A stretch of DNA of 64,000 nucleotides from Albugo candida (taxonomy: Eukaryota). Positions 41,501 to 55,766 of the stretch are shown in pieces. The stretch is from NCBI GenBank assembly GCA_040437565.1, contig JBDOQK010000002.1, forward strand, positions 868,001 through 932,000, in the 5' to 3' direction. Position numbers and translations under genes: made by a program. The notes under the pieces are model-generated. The model was not told where the DNA came from, did not search any database, and saw only the letters and a list, made by a program, of their open reading frames with translations. Numbering within the stretch: position 1 is the first letter of the stretch; the number at the start of each line of letters is the position of its first letter.

Positions 41501-42648
41501 GCTTCGAGCTCTGGGTGACCGATGGGACCCCTGAGGGTACGCGTCTGTTGCATGATATCGTATCCGGGTATACTGGTAGCTATCCAAGTTTGCTCGTCCC
41601 TTACAAATCATCCGAGGGGTCCTTGTTGATCTTTACAACTAGAGGAGCCGACCAAACACAACAGCTCTGGCAGACGGATGGTTCCCAATCTGGCACATCT
41701 CGAGTATGGCAAGATTCACAACAGCTTCTTCCCCTACATATTTCAATGCCAGATTTCGATTCAACTCAAGTCATAACGCTGAATCATGAAAGCGAGTTGT
41801 ATCTTTTTGGTCGAGAGACACAAGAATCTAGCGTAGTGCTTGGGGAAGTGCAGAACACGCGATCGTATCGACCATCGATTTTTGACGAGTCAAGATCTTT
41901 GACGTTTTGGGATGTTGACAGCTGCCAGAACAGGAGTATGGAGTATCGTCTGCGCTTGAATTGCTCTGAAGGGGAATTGATATTATCAAAAAATTCGGAA
42001 TGCATATTACCTCGTATTATAAAAGGAGTTTCAACATCGACAGCAGTAATAGGAAGTCACATTATGCTACAAGGTGTTCTTGACTCGCTCAATTGTGCCA
42101 CCGCACGAATCAGATACCGCACCGCATCGAATACTGAAGCTGTCGTTCTAATATCAGCTACGCTGGTAAAGCTAGACGGTCAACGTGAAGGCCCTCTAGC
42201 AGAAGATCACATGTACGCCCACGTTCTCGAATCGAACTCACCACCTCAAGTCAGCGCAAAAGATAGTTACGAGGTCAGATTGGGTGAGTGGAATTCGCTA
42301 AATGAAATTAGAATCAGAGATAAGGACAGTGGGGAGCGCAGTATATACGTTAAAGCATCAATTCGATATGGTCGACTTTGGTTTCATCCTCAGTATCTGC
42401 ACAACCGGCGTACATCACAGATTACAATTTTAAATATAGTTGAATGGGATCAATCGAAGCAGTCTATTGAACTGAGTGGCTCAATTGATAATGTCAATGA
42501 ATTCCTTGCTACCATGCGATATGGATGCATTGTGCGAGAAGGGTGCGCTACAATTCTGGAAGACATGCTCGAAGTTGTGGTGAACGACAATAGACTAGGT
42601 GGACGCCAAACTGCACTCAAAAATATCTCATTAATACAGATCAAATAA
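23558..42648 (+). CDS. Giant (~6284 aa) putative secreted adhesin-like protein with cadherin/Ig-like repeats and two ELWxxDGT-repeat propellers
   Basis: Reconstructed exons 23558-23626, 23681-23797, 23872-40473, 40528-40710 and 40765-42648, with all four introns phase-0 GT-AG and in frame. N-terminus MRFLKALLPCVFVV; 14 ELWxxDGT-type motifs; recurrent G..LN..L..L.Y.P..Y.G.D and (V/E)ND(A/S)P motifs. The two 5' exons are less certain than the rest. Confidence 0.85.
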
Positions 42649-42776
42649 TAGATTTATAGTAGAGCCTCATGCTTCGACATGGTCGTACTTAAAATAGATT
42701 GTACAGTAATTTTGATGTCTCCTGTTTTGGTTGGTTGAGACTCGGATAGTTTGAGAAGCAAAAGGTATTTGTCAAA

Positions 42777-43330
<554 letters not shown>

Positions 43331-44340
43331 ACGACATTGCTAATCTGACATAGTAATACATTCGCAAGCTCTCAGTATGAAATTTGCATCGCTGTTTTTT
43401 TCAATGATCCTTTTTATGGATTTTAGGTCGTATCAATGGTACCCATATTCGTAATTTCTCGAAATGTACTAGTTACCGGCATATCGCTATGCGACCACAA
43501 TGTCATCTTGTTGCAGTCTTGTATCTGTTCACGTATCACTATTTTGCTATTGGCGTTGAAGCTACCAAAAGCTGATGCATAAGTAGCTTCCTATATACGA
43601 TCATTTATTTCAAGTGCATACGTATGCTCAAGCCTCTCATGAATCGCAAACGTCGATACAGTGAGTGTTGTTTTCCTACCGTCAATGTATCGACAGTCTG
43701 AAGCGAGACGTTCCATGGCGAGATGCAGCTTATATTAGGAAATCTTCGTTGATGGAAGATTATGAGACAGTTTGGATGGATGGACTGTGTCCAATATTGA
43801 AGTACTCATCTGAAAGCGGACACCTTGTTGATTATTAGATAGAGAAATTTGACTGTGCGGCTATTCTAAATAGAAGTTTCAAACCACGCTGACGTTTGCG
43901 ACAGTCGATAAATGTGGAAGTATTTTGTTTGTTCCAAAACATTATAAAGCATAATCACTTGTCTCATTCGAGCACTTTATGATACCATGCTCATGACACT
44001 TTTCCATTTTTGTCTCNNNNNNNNNNNNNNNNNNNNNNNNNNNNNNNNNNNNNNNNNNNNNNNNNNNNNNNNNNNNNNNNNNNNNNNNNNNNNNNNNNNN
44101 NNNNNNNNNNNNNNNNCTTGTTGATTATTAGATAGAGAAATTTGACTGTGCGGCTATTCTAAATAGAAGTTTCAAACCACGCTGACGTTTGCGACAGTCG
44201 ATAAATGTGGAAGTATTTTGTTTGTTCCAAAACATTATAAAGCATAATCACTTGTCTCATTCGAGCACTTTATGATACCATGCTCATGACACTTTTCCAT
44301 TTTTGTCTCAATTCATAGAGTTGAGATACAGAATCGCACA

Positions 44341-45757
44341 TCATGAGAGCAAATGCCACAGCTTTCCAATAAAGTGCATGCACGCAGGATTCTTCATTAC
44401 CCATAAAATCAGCTACATTTAGCTTACACTCAGTAAGGCATATGCTTGAGCATTGGGGCATGCACTTCGTACCTTGGCTCGCTGTAAAGGACTAAGAGAA
44501 GATTCTAAACGATTTATTTCATACCTCATAATATTGTTTCGGTCAGTGATTTCTCTTTTAAGATTTTCTAGCACATTCATCGTTCTTCTCAATTCTCCAC
44601 ACATAACGCTCGCAGAAGCACTGCAAATCATCAACAACTATGAGTGAAGTCCACTGTGAACATGTCGAAGATCCTTACCTTTGCTTCACAAATTGCATCT
44701 CTTGATCACAATTCACATTCAATTCCTCGATCAGAATGTGAGATATATTCAATTCTCGCTCTTTAATACTTTGGTGTACTTCTTCATTATGGAGTGCCCA
44801 TATGGTCATTTTCGTGACTTGTATTGGTTCGAGTAAGAGTTCGAGCCCATCAATATGATGGATAAATGTCGTGCACCAATGCCTGCCAAATTCAGAATAT
44901 AGGTCACGAAAAGCATGTATTTTGGCTTCGAGCTGTTCGTCGGAGGCACCACATGTTACCAAATGCTCGAGTTCGTCGCAAATTTTAAGTTTATTCTTTC
45001 TTTGTCTTCTATCATATTCTTTGTTCGCGTCAAGCTGAGATCGTAAACGAGCGTTTTCGAGTACTAATTGAGCATGATGCTTTTGGAATAGTCGACGTCG
45101 ATCGTGTCTTTCGCGACGACGTAAATATGATGACGTCCTTGACTTCTGCCGCAATGGTGCGACTTCTAGGTCGATTCTCACTTTCCACCCAGGCGGTTTC
45201 GTACAAATCAGTGCATCTCTTTCCTGCTTCAATCTGCCTTTTTCGCGTTGGTTAGAGTCACATTGCTGAAATTTATATTTGTCCATTCCTCTATCTTCTT
45301 CGTTAGGTCCGAACTGCTCTTGTTGCCTATCCCCCAGAATTAAGCAGGACAATTCGGTTTCTTCGTGCTCAACTCTAAAAGTGTCACTCTCGAACGATGC
45401 CAAACTACCAGTGATGACTCGATTGTTCTCGAGTAACATACCTTGCTTCATTTGTTCGGTTACCGCGGTACAAGAAGAGTATTCCAATTGATTATTTCCT
45501 TTGTGTACGTCACCTTCTACGTTGAAAGATGATAAAATGTCATCCTCCAGAAACAAGGAATTTGTATAACAACCATTTCCAAGGAAGTCGATTGTGTCTA
45601 TCATATCGTCGACTGAGTTCGGCAATTTGTTCTGCTTGCTTACGTCTTCCTTACTCGATACGAATGTATTGCTTATATTGCAATCGACCGTCTTCAGTTC
45701 TCTAATCGGTCGGGATTGCGATGTACACGACATAACATCGCGGTCATGAGTATCCAT
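44341..45757 (-). CDS. bZIP-like transcription factor with C-terminal helical domain, 3 exons
   Basis: Basic stretch KSRTSSYLRRRERHDRRR followed by a zipper-like QLVLENARLRSQLD. The C-terminal helical region includes LELLLEPIQVTKMTIW and spliced LSPLQRAK|LILWVMKNPACMHFIGKLW*. Confidence 0.6.
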
Positions 45758-46287
45758 TGTGCAAAAAATCTGGTAAAATACTTGCGTACCCAGCTTCTGC
45801 AAATCAGCAAATCTTCCTGTATATCGCCTTGAGTAACGCCACGCAACAAGTCTCGTTTCAATGGTCAATGTGTATGTGGCAGTGTTTGCTCGATAATAGC
45901 ACCACTTCTAAAATCTATTCGATTCTGTATTTTTTTATCGAGAAATACTCCAAGTGCGTTACACTATGTCAATTACTTGATATTGTGAGAAAACAGAAGG
46001 CTCTCTCCTCCGCATTCATACCATCAAACATTCGGTCATTTCTCTGGCCATTTCTTCCAATTATTGTTTACACCACAAAGCTTCGGAGAATGACATAGCC
46101 GACGTGGCACCTTCCCATTCCTTGATCGTCAACCAATCGGATCTTTCGCATCCTCTGGCAACATTTCGCAAAGTTGAAACGGCTTCCGGCTAGTCGGTCA
46201 ATAATCACATTTGTAGGGCAATACTTGCATTTTATCAAGCTGCTCTTTCGCCTAAAATAAGTCTATCTGGCACCACTTGCTTCAAAC

Positions 46288-47101
46288 ATGACTCGAGGTT
46301 CCAGTATTTCCTCCTTTTTCAAGAAGCTAAGTGTCAAAGGCTCGAGAGGGAAAATCAGTCGATCATCTCAGCAAAAAGATGAACAGATAGAATCGGCTGG
46401 ATCTGGCGCTGAACAAATAGCCGCGCCACCAGCTCCGGTTGATATTGCGAAAGACACAAAGATTACGGAAGCATCCACTGAAGCGATTCAGCAAGGAGCT
46501 GAGTTAGAAAATGATTGTAAATGTTCATATAGCAGACATCGAAATGATTTTTACACCCATTCTTGTAGCGGACGGTGAAGACACGTCGGGTCCAGCAGAG
46601 CCTGTAATGATCAAAGAAATGGATGGAGGTGACCGACCTCCAGTATCGAAAGTCACAATTGAAGATTTCGATCTTCTCAAAGTCCTTGGAAAGGGTAGCT
46701 TCGGAAAAGTTATGATGGTCCGAAAAAAAGACACGAAGAAGATCTATGCAATGAAAACTTTACGGAAAGCCGCTTTGGTGAAACGCAATCAGGTCCAACC
46801 CAATAAGTCATTTTTGCTATTTCAATTTAGCTGGCTCCTTGTTGTAGATACTTCACACGAAAACCGAGAGGAGTATACTGCAGACAATAAAGTATCCTTT
46901 TTTGACAAGTCTGACATATGCTTTTCAGGTAGGGATACTTTATCCACTTGTAATTTTGCATGGATGAACCAATCTTTTTTTTTCTTAGACACCTGATAAA
47001 TTGTATCTGGTAATGGATTATTGTGGTGGTGGAGAGCTGTTTTTCTGGCTGAAGAAAGATCGTCGTTTCTCGCTTGTACGCTTACCGTTGTAATTGCACT
47101 T
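46288..47101 (+). other. Truncated duplicate of the AGC kinase 5' half (probable assembly overlap)
   Basis: Appears identical to 48751-49564 (offset 2463) and ends at the N-gap. Confidence 0.75.
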
Positions 47102-47201
47102 NNNNNNNNNNNNNNNNNNNNNNNNNNNNNNNNNNNNNNNNNNNNNNNNNNNNNNNNNNNNNNNNNNNNNNNNNNNNNNNNNNNNNNNNNNNNNNNNNNN
47201 N

Positions 47202-48220
47202 TGAGATATATTCAATTCTCGCTCTTTAATACTTTGGTGTACTTCTTCATTATGGAGTGCCCATATGGTCATTTTCGTGACTTGTATTGGTTCGAGTAAG
47301 AGTTCGAGCCCATCAATATGATGGATAAATGTCGTGCACCAATGCCTGCCAAATTCAGAATATAGGTCACGAAAAGCATGTATTTTGGCTTCGAGCTGTT
47401 CGTCGGAGGCACCACATGTTACCAAATGCTCGAGTTCGTCGCAAATTTTAAGTTTATTCTTTCTTTGTCTTCTATCATATTCTTTGTTCGCGTCAAGCTG
47501 AGATCGTAAACGAGCGTTTTCGAGTACTAATTGAGCATGATGCTTTTGGAATAGTCGACGTCGATCGTGTCTTTCGCGACGACGTAAATATGATGACGTC
47601 CTTGACTTCTGCCGCAATGGTGCGACTTCTAGGTCGATTCTCACTTTCCACCCAGGCGGTTTCGTACAAATCAGTGCATCTCTTTCCTGCTTCAATCTGC
47701 CTTTTTCGCGTTGGTTAGAGTCACATTGCTGAAATTTATATTTGTCCATTCCTCTATCTTCTTCGTTAGGTCCGAACTGCTCTTGTTGCCTATCCCCCAG
47801 AATTAAGCAGGACAATTCGGTTTCTTCGTGCTCAACTCTAAAAGTGTCACTCTCGAACGATGCCAAACTACCAGTGATGACTCGATTGTTCTCGAGTAAC
47901 ATACCTTGCTTCATTTGTTCGGTTACCGCGGTACAAGAAGAGTATTCCAATTGATTATTTCCTTTGTGTACGTCACCTTCTACGTTGAAAGATGATAAAA
48001 TGTCATCCTCCAGAAACAAGGAATTTGTATAACAACCATTTCCAAGGAAGTCGATTGTGTCTATCATATCGTCGACTGAGTTCGGCAATTTGTTCTGCTT
48101 GCTTACGTCTTCCTTACTCGATACGAATGTATTGCTTATATTGCAATCGACCGTCTTCAGTTCTCTAATCGGTCGGGATTGCGATGTACACGACATAACA
48201 TCGCGGTCATGAGTATCCAT
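47202..48220 (-). other. Truncated duplicate of the bZIP-like gene (probable assembly overlap)
   Basis: Appears identical to 44739-45757 (offset 2463) and begins at the N-gap. Confidence 0.75.
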
Positions 48221-48750
48221 TGTGCAAAAAATCTGGTAAAATACTTGCGTACCCAGCTTCTGCAAATCAGCAAATCTTCCTGTATATCGCCTTGAGTAAC
48301 GCCACGCAACAAGTCTCGTTTCAATGGTCAATGTGTATGTGGCAGTGTTTGCTCGATAATAGCACCACTTCTAAAATCTATTCGATTCTGTATTTTTTTA
48401 TCGAGAAATACTCCAAGTGCGTTACACTATGTCAATTACTTGATATTGTGAGAAAACAGAAGGCTCTCTCCTCCGCATTCATACCATCAAACATTCGGTC
48501 ATTTCTCTGGCCATTTCTTCCAATTATTGTTTACACCACAAAGCTTCGGAGAATGACATAGCCGACGTGGCACCTTCCCATTCCTTGATCGTCAACCAAT
48601 CGGATCTTTCGCATCCTCTGGCAACATTTCGCAAAGTTGAAACGGCTTCCGGCTAGTCGGTCAATAATCACATTTGTAGGGCAATACTTGCATTTTATCA
48701 AGCTGCTCTTTCGCCTAAAATAAGTCTATCTGGCACCACTTGCTTCAAAC

Positions 48751-50433
<1,683 letters not shown>

Positions 50434-50534
50434 TGCAAAATGAATTGAGGTATTTTTATGTTTGACCGTCACTCAATCAGAATTCGCAGCATGTACGTTT
50501 CAGCATCAACTACACATCATTGCGTTTTGAGAAT

Positions 50535-52698
50535 TTATTGTGATGCTATCGCCATGAATTTCTCACGGCGTCGATTCTTTTTTCCTCCTGCATTCATGGG
50601 TACCACTGTCACACCAATATGGTCGTCGGTTTGTTCATATGGATTTTTATCCCGGCCTTTGCGTCCTTTTCGGCCATGACGTCTGAGCCTTTTGCTGAGT
50701 TCTACTTTGGGTCCCACTGCGACATCAAAATTGATGCAGTCCATTCCTTCTTGCATTATGTCCACATCGTGATCGGACTCTGTCTGTGAATCATTTTCAT
50801 CCCTCGCTTGTTGACCAAAACGCTGAGATGCAATCGCGTGCGGGTCGAACGCCTCTTCATTGATAGCTTCTGGTGGAGGATGACAATACAGCAATTTTCC
50901 GTTAACATAATCTCGAAGTAGATCTCGTGCCGCTCGAGACGTATCCGGACCCCCCTTCCCTGTCGTGGTGTATCCGCGATATCGAGCATATGTCTACAAA
51001 TTTGATTAGCAAGAATCTTGCATGACCGCATGAACCATATAGCTCCACTAACCTCAAGTAAGAGGTACACATCAACAGGATCAGTTTCCTTGCTTAGCTT
51101 TGATGGTAAAGGTACTTTGATTCCATACGTTCGATCGAAGACAAGTTTTGGAATTCGTTGACACATCAACTGACATGGAGCAACGTGATGACGCAATTGT
51201 GAGATTGGCAGGACGCCACAGCAATACATTTCCGCCTTGGAATTGACGAAACTAGGAAAAACCAAGCCAGGACAGTCACATAGCATGATTTTATCAGACA
51301 GTATCAGAGTCTACATTCCAAATTTTAGTCGAGTGGGAGTAAAATGAGAACTGCTCACCTGGAAATGTTTCGTTTTGCCAGGTGTGGCACCAACGGCTAC
51401 GCGTTGTATTTTGTGCGAATGGGTAGACGCACCCAAAAGGGAATTGATCACTGAGCTTTTACCGACATTGGGATAGCCAACCATTCCGAATTTGATGAGA
51501 CCTTTGTCACGGTCACGAGTACCGACCACTTCGAGTATCTCACCAGCAATTCCATGTAAATAATCAAGTAGCTCAAGTCTCGATAATATTTTGATTGGAT
51601 CTTCTGGAACGGGCGTATCCGATTTGATAGCGATATTTTCTTCAGGGTCAACGACATTTTCACGGTCCGTTTTGATTTGATCATCAATTTCGTCTTGGGC
51701 AAGTTTGGCGGAAAAAAATATAGATAGTATGTTTTCTTTCTTGAAATGGGCCAGCCATTTGGATCTATTTCCCACGGTGAGATGTGTACAGTCAAAGAGA
51801 TAATGTCAGAATGACATACCGCTGCTCGCTTGTTAGAAAATCGGACTTATTCACAAGAAGTAGCGTGCGGAGTGTACCATGCTCTTCGTATGCGTAATTA
51901 TCCAGATCTTTAGAGCTATACACATATGTGAGGCGGGAAAGCAGCGTCATTGAATATGATACGCTTACCGATAGAAGAGCGGATTTCTTGCATCGACAAT
52001 TTGTATCAGAACGTCACTTCTTTCTCGAACATGCCACAATTGCCTCCATACCTCCAGATTTTTTTCGAAAGGTGTCACTTCCGATCCTGTAGTAGATTCC
52101 ATTCTAAAAGATAGTCACGATTTATATACAAATGCGTCAATTGGGGAATAAGCGATACTAACCTCGCAATCTCTCTTCTCCAGTCTAAAAACGCTTCTCT
52201 TTCGTGCAGATTGAGCTCTTCAGCTGACATTTTAGCATCCCAAGCAGGACGCCGAGGTACTTTTAATTCTGAGAATGACATTTTGGGAATCTCTGGAGAA
52301 GTACTGAAGAGAAATTAGATGACCTATGCCTTCTGCAGTGTATCTCAAACGCACGTTTCCAGATTTCTGTTTCCGGATGCGTTTACGGGCTGTGCGCCAA
52401 GTTCCAGTAAGACAGTACGATCTCTTATTGCAGAGAATTCTCTGTCAGCTAGTACAGCTGTTGCTAGAAAGTCATCCAGAGAAGAGCCTTCAATGTACGA
52501 GGTCAACGCGTTCGAGGCATTTCCGCCATCTCGCGTTGAGACATGCTTTCCAACTCTACAAATTGTGATTTTATCAATTGATTAAGAGACATGTGAAACT
52601 GATTACCCTTGCGCCTTCACATTTGATTGTTTTCCGCTTGATCTCTGAGCCTTTATCAACGCTTTTCCAAGACCGTGACTATGCTTCTTGCTACTCAT
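50535..52698 (-). CDS. LSG1: Large subunit GTPase 1 (circularly permuted 60S maturation GTPase), multi-exon
   Basis: MSSKKHSHGLGKALIK start; LKVPRRPAWD...EREAFLDWRR; TPFEKNLEVWRQLW; VDARNPLFY; LLVNKSDFL (G4); GMVGYPNVGKSSVIN (G1); ATPGKTKHFQ (G2); LCDCPGLVFPSF (G3). Confidence 0.93.
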
Positions 52699-54298
52699 TG
52701 NNNNNNNNNNNNNNNNNNNNNNNNNNNNNNNNNNNNNNNNNNNNNNNNNNNNNNNNNNNNNNNNNNNNNNNNNNNNNNNNNNNNNNNNNNNNNNNNNNNN
52801 CGTGACTATGCTTCTTGCTACTCATTGATACTTGCCAGCAGAAATTGGCGTCATTTGATTTGCGGAAAATGCTCTACAGAGAGCTTTTAGATTGGTCGAT
52901 AATATGAACATTCGCCAATCATGGTCTCGATTGCTTCTGGTAATCGAAATCACAATTTATGATGCGTTGAACAACCACGCTACAGAGATAGCGCTGCAGA
53001 AGAGTAGCGAGAAAATCAGATTGCGCAATTGCTGTATTTTCAAAAGGATAATTACATTACAAGCATTTGCCAAACTTCGTCTTCTATATTGGTTTCGTCG
53101 TATGACATACAGGCATGCACGTTTTTGATCTGGATAAAGATGCAGTCAAGTCTTCGGATGCGCTTACTGCAACATCTGCTCCTTTAAAGCGAGCGCGTCT
53201 GGATACTCGACTGCATCTTCATCGGAATTCAAAGCGTGGTGCATTTCATTGGACTCGTCTGTCTGACTTCGTGCTAAGATGTGTTAGGAAGCCATCCCGT
53301 GTGAAATCAATTATTACAAGCAATCATCAGGAAAAGCTTCACAGTTTTATATCATCAGCGACCTATGGATCACTCAGAACACCTATATACTTGAGACGAT
53401 TCGTTTACTGTGCTTTTATCATGTCCCGTAAATTGTGATGATTTTCCTGCCGCCTTACCAGCAAATCTGGATCGAAGCGTGATATCTATCATAGCATCAA
53501 ATCAACGGAGAATCCTGAACGCCTCATTTCGGTCCATTTAACATCGACCGAGGTGATTGTCATGTCATTCTGGAAACGGTAGCAATTTGGAAACCTCAGC
53601 TTTTTGTTTCCCGGAGAATCCTACTACTCCATATCTAGATCGATGAATTAACCTTGCATATGCGAAGTTCAATCCTATTTCTAGCATCATTTGAATGGTA
53701 TCAATTATCCACAATTTTACTATCACTACTTTCGCGTTGTGGAGCTGGAGCACCTTGCTATTTTTATAATCGCTGACAGGATAGAATCGCATAAATACTA
53801 GCGGTACAACTGTTGGAAGGACTGAGAATATGTTCTAAATTTCCAGTTGCACTTGCTACTTGTGTAAACGACTGGGTTTTTTTAGACGAAGAAACAGAGC
53901 TTGACAATTTTCTTTTAGTTCGACAACATCGTCGCTCACCTGTCAGCAAGAGTATGTGTATAGGAATACAAACAAGCTTCAAATCTAATTCGCATTCCAA
54001 CGATAAACTTTTACCACGGACATGTTTTGCCCAATTCTTTTCCTTAACTATTGTGGGACTTATCGGCACGCTCTGATATTACTTCACAAACCCCGCATAG
54101 AAAATAGCCGCAGCAGAGACTCAGCGGTAAGCGCGCTACCTTGCTTTCAGATTATATCAAACAGATGTCAACAAAGTCTGTACTGAACTGCTTTGTATCA
54201 ATAAGCTTCCATGAGAATTTAAGGGTGATATATCTGCATCGAGGTTTCGCTCATCAGAATTGGACTTCAACCGAACCAAAATAGATTCCTTGTATCAA

Positions 54299-55350
54299 AT
54301 GGCGGCATCCGGCGGTACTGTGAGCGTGGAAGAACGCACTCAACTTCAGCGAGTATTCCGATTGCTTTCTCTAGAGTTGCCCCTTTCAGCCATTACACGT
54401 AAGCTTGAGGTCAAACAAAATTGCTTCGTATTTGTGAATCTATCCGTCTCATCATTTGCACCATTCTTTCGAAATAAAACTGCAGATACTTGATAAGTCG
54501 TTTCTCGCTACAGACATTTCGGCTCCTATCGTAATGTTCAATGTCCGCAATTGATTCTCAATTACATTGAGTATTCATAGATTTCCAGCAAAGCTAGTGA
54601 AGCTCCCACAAAAGATAAATTACGACATGATCGATATAAACGGATCTGCTCCCGTTATCATGCAACATTGCAAGAAGAGAAAAGCACGGGACATGACTTA
54701 GTCATATCACGTCACCACATAGACGCAAAGACGTTGCAAAACATGTATGAACATTTAGGGGCCTTTTCTACCCCTTGTGAGAAGCACGCACATGCTCAGA
54801 AAGTTGTTGAGTACATATGGGAAATTGACGATGATTTAGACGGTGCTATCTCATACGATGAATTCGAAAGAAGCTATCTGCGAGCACGCGATGATCGATC
54901 AGGATTGGAACCATCACACCTCTTTTATTTGACGTGCTTCCTAACATATGACAAAAAGTGTCAGGGAAGGGTGCGCTCCAAATATCAAAATGCGAAAGCT
55001 TTTCAATTTATTTTGTTGGTGTAGATTGCCCTCGATGATGCTATGCGTATCTTGTTAGTATGATCTCCGTTCTTCGGCATTACATGAAAGTAAATGTTTC
55101 TCTGATTGCAAGCTATTTGAAATATGGAGACGCAATGGAGGCGGAAATGGAATGCCATTTTGGAAAACTTTTGGATGAAGGTGCCCATTTCATCACATTT
55201 AAGCAAGTAGGTTTATTACTTGAGAGTCTACATCGGTGCTGAATTACGTGATAGTTCCATGATGCCGTCACAAAACGATCGTGTGAGCTAATCGACCAGC
55301 ATCCTTCTCTAGCAAAATTCATCAAGCCGCAGACAAGTCGCCAAGATTGA
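54299..55350 (+). CDS. EF-hand calcium-binding protein, multi-exon
   Basis: Start MAASGGTVSVEERTQLQRVF; canonical EF loop EIDDDLDGAISYDEF; second loop TYDKKCQGR|IALDDA across an intron. Confidence 0.72.
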
Positions 55351-55436
55351 GCTGTTTACTATGTTGCTTAAATTTAAAGGCGTTATTCGATGTTAGCGTT
55401 GATAAATTGTAGAAAAAAATAGCAAGAAGAGAAGTA

Positions 55437-55766
55437 TGCGGATTTTGCATCCTTATCACTACTTGCAAGAAAAATTATCTGTCTCCAGTGCGAGGTGTCC
55501 ATTTAGACATAATTTTCATCATGTACTGACGATACATACGTTGCTTCTGTCTTCTGTGTCATATATGCGTCAACTTGTTTCTGCTCTTCACTGAAAGTGA
55601 GATTGTCTGATAAACTCCAAAATCTTCAGAAACAAGTTGACGCATATATGATCCAGAAGCAGCGTTAGTATTGTCAGTTCATGATGCAAATTATGTCTAT
55701 ATGGACACCTCACACTGGGGACAGACAATTTTTCTTACAAGTAGTGATAAGGATGCAAAACCCGCA
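55437..55766. repeat. Long imperfect inverted repeat (arms about 140-147 bp, 43-nt loop)
   Basis: 55437-55583 is the reverse complement of 55627-55766 with about a dozen substitutions and one short indel, aligned by eye. Confidence 0.92.

Noticed and set aside
23558-42648. Bacterial contamination as the explanation for the ELWxxDGT gene
   Set aside because: The gene has spliceosomal introns and is contiguous, with no gaps, with eukaryotic SKN1/KRE6 and ubiquitin-eS30 genes.
43826-44308. ~190-bp direct repeat
   Set aside because: Identical copies flank the N-gap at 44017-44116; assembly overlap. A shorter case occurs at 52674-52827.
53435-53518. Possible C/D box snoRNA (GTGATGA ... CTGA, 84 nt)
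   Set aside because: No terminal stem and only imperfect rRNA complementarity by eye. Box motifs at this spacing arise by chance; an Rfam/snoscan hit would be needed.
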